Shown: in pieces, positions 37,742-49,153 of the stretch
Position numbering within the stretch: the first letter of the stretch is position 1
Layout of the letters: each line of letters starts with the position of its first letter
DNA from: Podospora anserina
Lineage: Eukaryota
DNA length: 64,000 nucleotides
Direction: 5' to 3'
Assembly (NCBI GenBank): GCA_017654855.1
Contig: CM030338.1
Coordinates: 3,472,001 to 3,536,000 of the forward strand
The notes under the pieces: generated by a model
Told to the model about the DNA's origin: nothing
Seen by the model: the letters and a program-made list of their open reading frames with translations, nothing else
Database searches by the model: none
Translations under genes and position numbers: made by a program

Positions 37742-38736
37742 GTGTAGAGCGGGTCTGGTGTGTAAACACACGCAGCATGATCAGGAAGGATGCTTATGAT
37801 ACCCATATCTTACGCCGTTCAGGGCCAGAAGCGCTTCATAAACGTCACGATGTCGCTTGACTGGTGCTCTTCGTGAACTTGAGGATGAGGATACTGTATG
37901 TCTCTACTTTCATGTGGGCATGCTCAGATATTTCTGTCAGGTACTGATGTGTCCATCCGAACTCAGAACCTACAACTTCATCATCTCGTCGGCCCAGGAC
38001 ATGCTTTCTAGGAGGGAAAGAACGTCTCACGTCACTGCTTCTTGGCCAGACACTAGCTATATGCGGATTTCTTCTGCTCGCGACCTGCAATCTTCTTTTT
38101 GCTATCGCTTCTGGTCCATTTACTGCCTCTTCTCCCGCCCACACCTGATTTATCTGGCACTTTGATACCTTCTTCCTCTCTCATTCTTCTACATCTTCCC
38201 TTCCATCCTTCCACATCCTCCCTTCTCATCCTTCCACGCCCTCCCTCCTCTTCCTTACACCTTCATTTTCCTTCCATCCTCCTCTTCCTCACCCTCTCGT
38301 CCTTATAGCCTCACTTCTACATCGGCTCTTCCACGTCATCCTTTACCTTCTTCACTGCTGGCTCGCTTGACTTTTTATCGACCGTCCTCCAGTTCTTCAC
38401 AATCTTACCAAGTCCCCGCCCGGTTTCCAGCCACTCTCACTACAAATTCGACTCTCTGCCTCTGATATCCGATATATCCTGCTCGAGTTCGCTCAACTAT
38501 TCCGCGCCTTCCTTCTAACAGCTGATATCGAACAGCGCATCGCACCTTCCTCTATTTTCAACTAACCGACATTTCTACCTGACTTTTTCTACAAGTTCCC
38601 GACCACAATCTTTTCCCATCCTTTTCTTTTATCTTTTACTTCTTACTTGCACACAGGACAGGAGGCCTCGCCAGTTGTCGTTCACAAATAATTTACTCAC
38701 TCATTTCTTTCATCTTCAGTCATCATCTTATTCAAC

Positions 38737-41700
38737 ATGGCTCTTGGGGATACACCTGAAATCGGCCAGCAGGCATATGGGACAGTTGAAAATTCCAACA
38801 CGACTAACTTCCCGCCATCACACACCAAACTCACGTTTGCTCCAGTGGTTGACCCAGGTGCAGGCAGCGGGCCAAGAAAGGCCGGTAAAAAAGGCAAGAA
38901 GGCCAAAAAAAGCGACCCGGACCCTGACGGGCCCCCCAAGAATGCTAAGGAATACTGGCAGCAACACTATGCTCGTGCGTGCGAGAGCGGGTCGAATTTG
39001 AAGCGCGAGGCTGTTGAGGAGCCCTACGAGACTCCCTCCACCAAAATACAGCGCATTTCAGGCCCAGACGACAAATCTGAGGGGCTTATTCCAGTCAAGA
39101 CTGAAGAGGCCGTTTCGGTCAAAGCTGAGGAGGGTGTTTCGGTCAAAGCCGGGGCGGATGTTTCGATCAAGGCTGAGGAACCTGGTTTCATCGAGATCGA
39201 GGCGCCTGTTTTCGTCAAGGCTGAGGGGCCAGGTCTCATCAAGACTGAGGAGGATACCGCATTTGACTACAAGATACCTTCACCAAGTAAAACGGCGGTC
39301 CAGGCTGCAGTCGACGAAGCCTTGCAAACAATTGAGGACAGGCTTGACAAGGGGGATATGCAGGCGTGCAAGGACTTTGAAGAGCTTCGTGAGGCCACGC
39401 TGTCATTTGGGGTCAATAACTGTAAGCCAGTGGAGGGAAAGTGGAAGCTCAAAGGCTTCAAAACACCACTTTACAATCACCAGGTACGTACATGCTTCTC
39501 ACCCCTAACTCAGGATCAGCTCACCAATATCTCATGGATGTGACAGTTGATAGGGGTGAGATGGATGTGTTCCCGAGAGTTCCACCCCCGCGGGTCCAAT
39601 GGAGGGATCCTCGCCGACGAAATGGGTCTCGGGAAGACAGTTCAGCTCCTGGCGTGCATGTCACAAAACCCGCCTAGTAGTCGCCGGGACAAAGCCCAAA
39701 AAACCCTCATCATTGCGCCAGAGAAGCTGTTGACGCAGTGGTATCGGGAGATATTTGATCATTGCGACGACAAAGGCCTGCGAGTGTTGGTTTACAAAAA
39801 CGCCAATGCAATGGCCGATGATGAGTGCGCCAATAGTGATATCATGTAAGTGTCACGGAGTTGCCTTCCTGTGCGTTCTATGCTAATCAAGCATGAACGT
39901 TCAGAATCACGAATTATGCACAAGTTCAACGCCAAGCTAGCAAAGGGCTCGCCGAATGTGAGGAGTCGGAGGAGAGTGAGGATTCTTCAGATTTTCGAGA
40001 GACCTCCCTGAAGCAGAAACTGCACCGGCATGGCCCCCCGTTGTTTCGCATCAACTACCACCGCATCGTTCTAGATGAGGCCCATGCGATTAATAACAGG
40101 GAGAGCAGCACGTCCCTCGCCTGCAGATACCTCACAGGCAAATATCGCTGGGTTCTAACGGGAACCCCGCTGACCAACACCACAGCAGAGGTATTTCCCT
40201 ACCTTGACTTCTTGGGCACCAAGTTCAAGAAGTACGATACCTTCGTTCAGGCTATGGGGGGCGTCAAGGGCAAGATGGGAGACATGGAAGAACTTCAGAA
40301 AACGCTATCGGAACTTACTTTGAGACGTCGTGTTGACACGCAACTGATGGGCGCACCCATTCTTCAGATTCCCAAGGCACATCCGGTTCAGGTTGTCACG
40401 GTTAACTTTTCGCCTTTTGAGATGGAAGCATACGGGAGAACAAACCGGAGACAGATGGCGTTGGAGGTACGGCGCCAAGCGTATCAAGACGCCGGTCAAC
40501 CATATGATCCCGGACCAGAAAAGGGTACAATGCAAATGATTGTCGATCATCTCCAATTCTTCACCTCGCATCCAGCCCTTGTTGAGCCTGACTGGTACGA
40601 GGACCAGGAGAACCAAGACAAGTCTAGGCTGCCGGAGCCCAGTGAGGTCAAATGCAACTGCTTCTGCAGATATTGCCGGCGAGTCGTGACCCCGGCCTCT
40701 AAATTGGCTGATGTAAGCACCTGCTTTCATGGAACTTTCATCCGTCCGTAATACTAATAAATCTATTCAGTGCGGCCACCCGTTCTGCGCCTCATGTTTC
40801 GGTAACCTCATAACCCGTCATCACAACAAGGAGAAAGCCTGTTGCCCGAGCTGCAACAAGCCAGTCGGTTCTGGTAGATCAGGCAAGGGCAGCTGTCCGA
40901 GTCATCAGGGCATGCCTATCCTGCCTCGCGATAACGGGCACACTTACCGTCACTTTGGTGACGATGACAATGGGTTTCAGCCACGGTTCAGTAAGCATCA
41001 AGAAACCACAGGGAAAGGGACGAAAAAGAAGGCACGCAGAGCGAAGTCTGGCAAGAAGAAGAGGCATCCATCGAGGAGAAGAAAAGCAGCCAAGACGAAT
41101 AATAAGGGGGGAAAGCAGAAGAGACAAACTGTCCAAACAGTGCAGCAAACACGCGCCAACACGCTCAATTTCATGAAGGGCGTCGACTCCCATCCTTGGG
41201 ATCCGGTGCCGCACAGCACTAAAACGAAGGCCACACTTGACCTAATCGACGGATGGCAATCTGAAGCGCCAGAGGATAAGATTATCATCTTTGTGCAATG
41301 GATCCCGATGCTCTCGATTTTGGGCCGCATGCTTACACAGAGCGGATACCGGTTTGTGTACTTCTGGGGCGACCTGGACCAGAACGACCAAGAGCAGTCT
41401 CTAAAGACCTTCAGGAAGGTCCCGGCCGTGAAGATCATGCTGGCATCTATTACCTGCACCGCACACGGTCTGAACCTCACGGTGGCGAACCGGGCCATCA
41501 TGTATGACCACTGGTGGAATGTCTGTCGCCAGCAGCAAGCCTTCGGAAGAGTCCACCGTATTGGACAAACCAAGGAAGTGCATACGGCCAAGATTGTGGT
41601 TGGAGGCTCTGTGGATGAGAGGATTATTCAAATTCAGCAGGATAAGGAGACTGCTATTTCTGGGGTTATGGATGGCATGGACGAGATCAAGAAGCGGCCA

Positions 41701-41943
41701 ATCTCGATGGCTAAGGAGATCTTGGGGTTGGGGGATCTTTCAGACTCTATCGATGAAAATGCTGACATAGATGAGGACGAGGATTACTACGAGGATAGCG
41801 ATGACGAGGATGATGATGAGGAGGAGACTGATAGCGAGAGCGAATCCACTAGTGATGAGAGTGGCAGTGAGAGTGGCTCCGGTAGGGGCAGCTATGATGA
41901 TGACGAGGATGATGGAGAGCACTCGGGGTCGAAGTCGGATTAG
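38737..41943 (+). CDS. Divergent SNF2-family helicase with inserted RING finger (Rad5/Rad16/Uls1-like), ~1008 aa; exons 38737-39483, 39547-39845, 39905-40712, 40771-41943
   Basis: GGILADEMGLGKT, IVLDEAH, LTGTP, RING (CRYC..CGHPFCASC..CPSC), GLNLTVAN, DHWWN and QAFGRVHRIGQ. Three GT-AG introns give an in-frame 3027-nt CDS. Acidic C-terminal tail. Confidence 0.88.
39094..39255 (+). repeat. About seven imperfect 24-bp coding tandem repeats encoding (V/I)KxE octapeptides
   Basis: GTCAAGACTGAAGAGGCCGTTTCG / GTCAAAGCTGAGGAGGGTGTTTCG / GTCAAAGCCGGGGCGGATGTTTCG / ATCAAGGCTGAGGAACCTGGTTTC and further units. Confidence 0.85.
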
Positions 41944-42435
41944 TTTGCTTATTCTTGCTTGAGGAAGATTTGACATTAAATATTGGCTTTCTTGGCAGGG
42001 GAAAATAGTCTGGGATGGTTAGTGGCCGGTTGGTGGGACAGGAGTATCATAACTGCTGTCCCTGAAATCTGATGAGATTTAACAAGGCCAACACTTCGTT
42101 CAATTATAGTTTCCAAAATTCAATATTTCGAGGTGATCGACCACTTTTTGATTGCGGGTGCTCATCATGTTGTGCGCACCGGGTGGAAATAAAGAGAGGA
42201 GCACCGTATTCAGTTGCATCCATGATCGATGTTCTACGCAAAGGAGAGGTCGCGAAAGGAGTGGAAGGCGCTGTTTAGCAACGTGGACGAAAGACTGATG
42301 ATCACAAACGTCATTGGCAGGCCGAAAATGCGCATGGGTTGTTCGATTGAGGTTAGATTGATGTAGTTTGATTACCTACAGAGCTCCTTCTTATTTCACC
42401 TGATGCACACAATAAAAATTGTGGGCCGCCTGCAA

Positions 42436-43740
42436 TCAAGGCGAGTGGTCGCCCACCCTGTCCCTTGCCAGACCAAGAGCCTCCTTCTCGTCTTCATCCA
42501 GAAGACCCAAAGCCTGTCGACGAGTCGGGGCCTTTGAGTCGAAGTAGGGCTTTTCGGCAAGCGATGTGACACGAGTGCCGTGTCTTGAATACTTTCCTTC
42601 GTAATCCCAACTGGCGCTATGGATCGTAATTCTAACGTTATTTGCAGGTTAGTCAATTTGCTTTCCCTCCTCTTCTTCAATCTGTCGTCGCTGACTCACC
42701 TGTTGTCCCACAGAGCACTGGTCCCGGCGGTCCATCGGAATCGGACCTGGATATCCGCGTTCTTCTCATACACGTCATGCAGATAATTCAAGATCAAGTC
42801 GCTCTCAGCTTTATCCAATCCAACTATCCTCGTCGTCATCGCGCGGTTCACCCAGAGTGCTTTCCAGCCTGTTGCAGGGTGCACACGAACAAGAGGATGG
42901 ACCCTTTCGACGAACTTTGGACCGGCACTCGGATTCTCGCGGTCAAGATAGGCATGTGCGGAGCGATACACAGCTTGTTTTCCATCAATGAACTTGCGGA
43001 ATTCGGGGGATAATTTCTCATAAGCACCGTATCCCGAGGCCCAGAGCGTGTCCCCCCCAACCGGAGGCACAGTGTCGTTGTGGAGGTGGGTAATGCCTGC
43101 CGGCTGTCGTTCATGGACAAGATCGGTGTGCCATCGAGACGCTCCTCCTGGGTTACGAAAGTTGGCGGGCAAATCTTGGGCCTGGAGGTCTGGCCAGATG
43201 ACAGTCACGCCCGGGACGCCAGGCACTTGTGGGACCTGGGGCTGCATCACGACTGAGTCAGCTCATTGCTACTGGGGGTGGGATAGCATCACATACATGC
43301 ACTTCAACCTCACCAAACCATTCTCCTAGCTCCCTCTGTTGTTGTGGGGAAATATCTTGGTCTCTGAGAAACACAACACTGCGTTCCGCGATCAAAAGAG
43401 CAAGCTCGTCACGTTGCTCGGGTGTCAGGTCCTTCAACTGGAGACCCTCAATCTCAGTACCGATATGGGCTGTCAGGTCGGTCACCTTGCTTGCCGCCGA
43501 AAACAGATTCTTTTTGGACTTGTCAGCTCTGGCCCCTGCATCTTCATGGATACGCTCAGCACTGCGGAGTTGGTAGACATCCTGGAGATACAAGGGTACT
43601 AGTGGACGGTATGGATATCCGTTGGTCAGGTCTACTCCAGACCTGATCAGCCGTTGCCGGGCTGGCTCTGGGAGGGGCAAGGTGTCTTTCTTGGGCCCGA
43701 CTGTGTCGACGATTGATGCCTCGATTGCAGCAGACGCCAT
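42436..43740 (-). CDS. TauD/TfdA-family alpha-ketoglutarate-dependent (sulfonate) dioxygenase, ~393 aa; exons 43740-43297, 43241-42700, 42631-42436
   Basis: DLTAHIGTEIEGLQL, IAERSVVFLRDQD, WHTD (HxD), GGDTLWAS, HPLVRVHPATGWKALWVN, ALWDNRITIHSA and RHGTR. Two canonical introns. Confidence 0.93.
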
Positions 43741-44456
43741 GGTCAAGATGCTGACAAGAAAATGTATGATGTTTCAAGCTCTCGAAGACACCTGTTTTGG
43801 GGTCGTCCATGAGAGGGTTCAGCAGCAGATATGGTTTGGATTTACAACAACATCGCTCACATGCCCCCCACTCGTCAAGGAAACCGGCATTACCAAGCAT
43901 TCATATCAACACCGCTTCTGCAAAGCGGTTATCAATGATCCAATATGTTTACCGGATTGCGAGATCACTACAATATGTCGTGGAAGTGAGGGGCACTGCA
44001 CATCACCGGGTATAAGATACCGGTTGCATCTTTGAAAACCACATCACCGGACCTATCAGTCCGTTCGATGACGGGGAATGACGGATGCGTTTGTGATGCC
44101 ATGTCTGCACAAATTGTGTGCTTGGCACTCACCATAATACGGGTACATTTGATTTCAGGGCTTGTCACGGTATCAAAATTGCAGGCTACCACAGAGCTGG
44201 TCGTATGCCCAAGTCCGCAGTTCTGGCAGTTTTCAAAGCCATTCCATCCGATCTATTCTCTTGTCCCATGACTCACCCAATGTCTTGTCAAAAGTAGAGA
44301 TGAATGCATGTAGACTACCTAGAGAATGCCGATCAAATCGAAGAGTGATAAGGGATCTGGCACAAATTCAACATTGTCAATTCTTTCAATACAGCCCCTC
44401 AGAGCACACACCATTTTCGGAATCAACATTGATGTTTGCGCGATCAGCTACGCAAT

Positions 44457-44466
44457 ATGGCGTGAT
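44457..44466. promoter_or_regulatory. Putative CYS-3/MetR-type bZIP site ATGGCGTGAT in the TauD-FMO divergent promoter; second site GTGATGCCAT at 44093-44102
   Basis: Each site is one mismatch from the Neurospora CYS-3 consensus ATGRYRYCAT, and both lie between two sulfur-related genes. Confidence 0.45.
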
Positions 44467-44616
44467 CCATGACGCGGGGGTTGGGCCACATCTGAGCTCG
44501 CAGAAAGGTATCGCATCTCCATATTTGGAGTCCACTAAGATACTGAGCTCGATACTTTTTTATATTTCCCTTCCTAATGTTGCTCAAAACAGTGATAGAG
44601 ATTCACCATCAGGAAC

Positions 44617-46206
44617 ATGTCGGAACTTCGAAGTCAACCTTATCGGCAGACGATCGCAGTTATCGGAGCAGGTATCAGCGGCGTATGCACAGCTGCACAC
44701 TTGCTAAAAGAAGGTCTCTCAGTGACGGTCTTCGAACGCTCAAGCATTGCCGGTGGAATCTGGCACTATGATGACCGCGTTCCCGGCGACCCACCATATC
44801 CTAGCAACACGCCGTCTCTTGGGGACTATGAGGTTTCTCAACGAGGTCAATTTTCCTATGTTACGCCTCCATCTGAGCAAAGGAACGAAACACCACAGAA
44901 TCAAACCTTTCGGGTGGAAGCAAACAACTACCTTTCCGACCTCGAGGCGCACTTCTCACCACCCGGCCCGTGTTACCGAGGCCTACGCAATAACGTCCCG
45001 ACATACCTCATGGAAAGTAGTCTGGGCCAGTGGCCCGAGGGTACCGAACCCGTAGTTGGTCAAAGAGATGTTGAAAATTACGTCCAAGGCCTGGCAGAAG
45101 TGCATGACGTCAATAACCAGACTCTATTTCACACCCGAGTAGATGAGGTCAAGAAGACACACGATGGGTCCAAGTGGGAGTTGCGATCAGTGACGTTGGA
45201 GAAAGAAGAGCTTGGTGTTCGGTTCACTGAAAGATTACATCTATTTGATCGAGTTGTCGTGGCTTCGGGGCATTATAACATGCCACGGATTCCTGACATT
45301 ACTGGACTCAAGGAATGGAAAACAAGGTTTCCCGCCAGGATCATTCATTCAAAGCAGTATCGAAACCCACAGAGGTATCGGGACCAGAATGTGGTGGTTC
45401 TTGGTGCTGGTGTGTCTGCTTTGGATATCTGCCGGGAGCTGGATGGAGTTGTAAACAAAGTCTACCAGAGTGCCCGTGGAGGACAGTTTGACCTCCCAGT
45501 CTCACTGCTGCCGTCATCTACGAGACGAGTGCCGGAAATAGCTAGCTTTATTCTCGATAACGACGAAAGACACCAGCACTTTCCGGAAGATGGCCAGCAT
45601 ATTCCCGGGAAGATCGCTTTGAAGGACGGCCAGGTACTCGACAAGATTCACCACGTGGTCATTGCAACAGGATATATAACATCTTACCCTTTCCTCCCGC
45701 ATCTCCATTCCGACACGGCACCAATCACAGAACCAGGGGAATATCTGGTGGTGACATCGGACGGCAACATGGCGCATAACTTGCACAAAGATATCTTCTA
45801 CATCCCCGACCCAACCTTGGCTTTTGTAGGCGTACCTTATCATGTGGTCACGTTTTCGCTTTTTGATTTTCAGGCCCAGGCGGTGGCAAGAGTGTTTGCT
45901 GGGAGAGCAAAGCTTCCAAGTCAAAAATTGATGAGACACGAGTACGAGAGAAGGGTGCTGGAGAAAGGCCTCGGAAGAGGGTTCCACTCGCTGCATCAAG
46001 AGGGAAAGGAGTTGGCGTATGTAAGGGAGCTGGTTGAATGGGTCAACGAAGGTGATGTTCATGGAGAGGGGCGGAATGACTGCAACATGAAGGGGCATAC
46101 CGAGGAGTGGCTGGCGGGATATTATGAGATGAAGGCAAAGACTAGAGGGTTGTTTCCAGGGAGGGGAATTAAATCTGTGGCGGAAGATACTACACTACGC
46201 AACTGA
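44617..46206 (+). CDS. Flavin-containing monooxygenase (class B FMO, thiol-monooxygenase-like), 529 aa
   Basis: FAD motif VIGAGISG, GGIW, VVVASGHY, FMO fingerprint FPARIIHSKQYR, NADPH motif GAGVSA and ATGY. Confidence 0.93.
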   Translation: MSELRSQPYRQTIAVIGAGISGVCTAAHLLKEGLSVTVFERSSIAGGIWHYDDRVPGDPPYPSNTPSLGDYEVSQRGQFSYVTPPSEQRNETPQNQTFRVEANNYLSDLEAHFSPPGPCYRGLRNNVPTYLMESSLGQWPEGTEPVVGQRDVENYVQGLAEVHDVNNQTLFHTRVDEVKKTHDGSKWELRSVTLEKEELGVRFTERLHLFDRVVVASGHYNMPRIPDITGLKEWKTRFPARIIHSKQYRNPQRYRDQNVVVLGAGVSALDICRELDGVVNKVYQSARGGQFDLPVSLLPSSTRRVPEIASFILDNDERHQHFPEDGQHIPGKIALKDGQVLDKIHHVVIATGYITSYPFLPHLHSDTAPITEPGEYLVVTSDGNMAHNLHKDIFYIPDPTLAFVGVPYHVVTFSLFDFQAQAVARVFAGRAKLPSQKLMRHEYERRVLEKGLGRGFHSLHQEGKELAYVRELVEWVNEGDVHGEGRNDCNMKGHTEEWLAGYYEMKAKTRGLFPGRGIKSVAEDTTLRN

Positions 46207-47624
46207 GGTTGCGACATCTCGAGACTTCTCGGGTACGGTACCCGTGACGCAAACGGGCATTTCTTGGAGGTTCTCCCATCTGGCTTCTTCTAGAGTCTGG
46301 TGGTGCTCTTCCATCGTCTTCTAGCATCTTCATCACACTCTCAGTCTGTGGCCCAAAGTGGGACCGAACAGATGGCAACCGGGCACTGACGTCACCCGAA
46401 AGTCGCGAGAATCAGATGGGACAGTCCGCCCATAGAGGCTCTCGTTTCTTTGCCTTATTACTCATGCGCAAATGAGTTGTTGTTGAGGAAAATAAAGTCA
46501 TTGGATAGAGGGGCTTCTGGAGAGCAACCGTATGTAAAACTTTTTCTGAGAAAATTCATTGTTGCAAAGATATTGCCGCAGAGAGTCACGAAATGCCCCA
46601 AAAGCTGGGTGATATGTCCTTTTCCATCCGCGTGTTACGCGCAACAGGTCCAAATTCTACTTCAGTAGTATCTTTGAATCCTTCTTTTCTCGCGCTATAA
46701 CTTGACGTGGAGTGTTTGACGGAGGTCTATCACGCTATCAAGCAATTCGATGAAGAAGGTGAGATCCCATCTGCTTTCCTGGGGGTCCTTCTCCGCAGGG
46801 GGCGTGCTTCTACCTTGAGCACACTCCTATCCCAAAGCTTCCTAACTACACCCCCAGATACTTTGCAGTTCCCAAACATTAAAAGAAGATCAACAGTCCA
46901 TCGCACTCGAAATCCCTTACAAAAACTAATCTCTGGCATCATCAGCACTGGCTTTACCTCCGCACATTTTTTACTGAAAGAAAGGAGCAGTGCATCACCA
47001 GATCAAGACCAACATACCAGTCCACCCCCATCAAAAGTGACCTTCAACCATCACATGCCAAATCACACTGACACATGCAAATAGCTACGTAATGGCTACG
47101 CACTTGACCATTTCAGGCGGGCTGATTGTGTTTGCCCCAGAGGTGCCCCCCAATGATGTACTTAACAAACCCTTCAGTCCCCAAATTTTGGCAGAAACTT
47201 TTCTTCTTCTTTTTCTTTTCATCGAACTGCAGAAGCCAGCCAGTCTACAAGCATAAAGGCACGTATAATTCACCCCATTTTGTTGTGAACAAACACATAC
47301 TTCACTAACCAACACAACAGGCACTCTTGCTCGCTCGCTCCGCTGCTGTGGTAAGCTTTTGTTCGTCCACGCCTTCTTGATTTCGCTTGCTGACCAGGCT
47401 CTTGCAGATTTGTGTGATTGCTTACCGCTCGCTCGTAATTTTGTGTGACAGCTTGTCACTCGCTGGTGAATTGTTTGTGGTAAGTTTTCGCTCGCTCACT
47501 CTTGTTGACCTCGTCTGCTAATGCTGCTCTTTTTCACAGCTGTGCTTGCACACGCTCGCTCGATCCGTTCGCTCGCCCCACGCCACTCATTCATCTTTTT
47601 TTCTTTTTTCTTTTTTTCTCGACA

Positions 47625-48233
47625 ATGGCTCGCAGTGCCATACCTTCCACCACCCGGCCCCGGTACGTCGTCCGTCCGGCACCTCCCGGACCTCCCGACC
47701 CTGCGATCCGGGTGCAGGCCTGGCTGGATCGTGTGGTCCGCAAGATGAAGGACGGGGTCCTTCCCATTTCGTCGGTACGTCGAGCCCTGGACGCATCAAT
47801 GCTCGGTCCTCCCCAGCGGCGCAAATGGGCCCCAGCTCGCCCATTCCTTCTGGCCAGTTCCGAGGATGGCGGCATCTTCGGAGTGAAGCGCAATCCGGAA
47901 TTTTCTCCTCCTCGTCTTCCTCGCCCGATTCCTCGTCCTCCTCGCCCGATTCCTCGTCCTCCTCCTTGTTCTCCGATAGCGGCGACGACGACAAGCCCTC
48001 CTCCCCCGACAAGTCCTCCTCCGACGATGACGACGATGACGAGTGCTCTTCCTCGTCCTCCATCTTCCGATGCTCTTGTTCCGGTCGTGTTTGTTCCGGT
48101 CGTGTTCGTTCCCGTGGTGTTGGTTCCGGTCGTGTTCGCTCCGGCTGTGCCCGCTCCGGTTGTCTTCGCCCCGGTCGTTTTCGTTCCGGTCGTCTTCGCC
48201 CCGGTCTTCTTCGCTCCTTGGACTCCGTTGTGA
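47625..48233 (+). CDS. Orphan Pro-rich protein (202 aa) ending in nine (V/A)PVVF-type pentapeptide repeats; two 5'-UTR introns (47351-47407, 47480-47539)
   Basis: ATG in an ACAATGG context. Upstream GTAAGC..GCTGAC..CAG and GTAAGT..GCTAAT..CAG introns indicate a + strand transcript. Variation among the repeats falls mostly at third codon positions. Confidence 0.55.
   Translation: MARSAIPSTTRPRYVVRPAPPGPPDPAIRVQAWLDRVVRKMKDGVLPISSVRRALDASMLGPPQRRKWAPARPFLLASSEDGGIFGVKRNPEFSPPRLPRPIPRPPRPIPRPPPCSPIAATTTSPPPPTSPPPTMTTMTSALPRPPSSDALVPVVFVPVVFVPVVLVPVVFAPAVPAPVVFAPVVFVPVVFAPVFFAPWTPL
48078..48212 (+). repeat. Nine imperfect 15-bp tandem repeats (GYYCCGGTCGTSTTC-like); also 21-bp repeats at 47910-47963
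   Basis: GTTCCGGTCGTGTTT / GTTCCGGTCGTGTTC / GTTCCCGTGGTGTTG and further units; CCTCGTCYTCCTCGCCCGATT x2.5. Confidence 0.9.
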
Positions 48234-49153
48234 AGAGTGGCGACGTTCTTTTTGGTTTGTTTCTGTGCTTTCATTTCGTTTGCTGACTCTGCTTCAGTCA
48301 TTTTTTGTGATGGTGTGTTGTGCGTGCTTTGCTTTGTCTGTGTTCTGTTGAAGCCCCCCCAGCGTTCCCCCAGCCCCCCAGCCCCCAGCGTGTTTTGTGT
48401 GTTTTGTTTGGCGTGTTTTGTGATGTGTGTTCCACCCAGCTGCCATCTATTATCTCATCTACTATTTATTGCCATTTACGGGCGGCGAAGTCGGACTCTG
48501 CACCTCCTCGTGGTGTCGCCTGGTAACCTGTTGCAAGTGCACAGGGCCAACGAAGAGACGCAGATGTAGCTATTAGAATCAAAAATGCCAACTTTGATTT
48601 CATCGGTTCCTTCAGTATTGTCGTGATATTCATGCTGGTTTGTTCATGTTTCCATGCCACTTGTCCATGATTGACCTCCTCTATCAACCAACAAAACAAT
48701 GATCGCATCACGTTCCAGTTCCATACGAATAATTTCATGTCAGACAAACCGCGATAGGTACGAGCTAGTAGTTGAAGACGAAAATGCTTTTTGAAAGCGT
48801 GAGAAAAGCATGTTTCAGGAAAGCCAGAGGGGTTTGTAACATTGGGAACTGAGGAAAAGGCTCAAGTATGTCATAAGATGTGATCATAATTGAATGTTGA
48901 AGAATCAACAGATCGGGTGTTGTGGTGGCCAGGTGCATTCAGGGGTAATTCAGGGGCTACTATCACAAAACAAGTAAACAAAAAAGCGCAGGGTTAGGGT
49001 TATTCTCACTGTCCCTTGTTCAACGCACGTCAAAATTTCTATTCCTCGAGATAAGACTAAATTCATTGTTTCTCCCCATGCATGATATTCTTTTCTTGTA
49101 AAACTTCTCTCCTAGACAGTTCTTACTTCTCTAATCTCACAAGTAGCTGCCCT

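Noticed and set aside
47134-48957. Possible terminal inverted repeats around the orphan gene (47134-47155 versus 48936-48957)
   Set aside because: Only 16/22 identity, mostly in C/G runs, and no target-site duplication or transposase is evident.
48990-49002. Telomere-like AGGGTTAGGGTTA (also ACCCTAACCCT at 35250-35260)
   Set aside because: Only about two units, which is compatible with chance or an isolated binding site.
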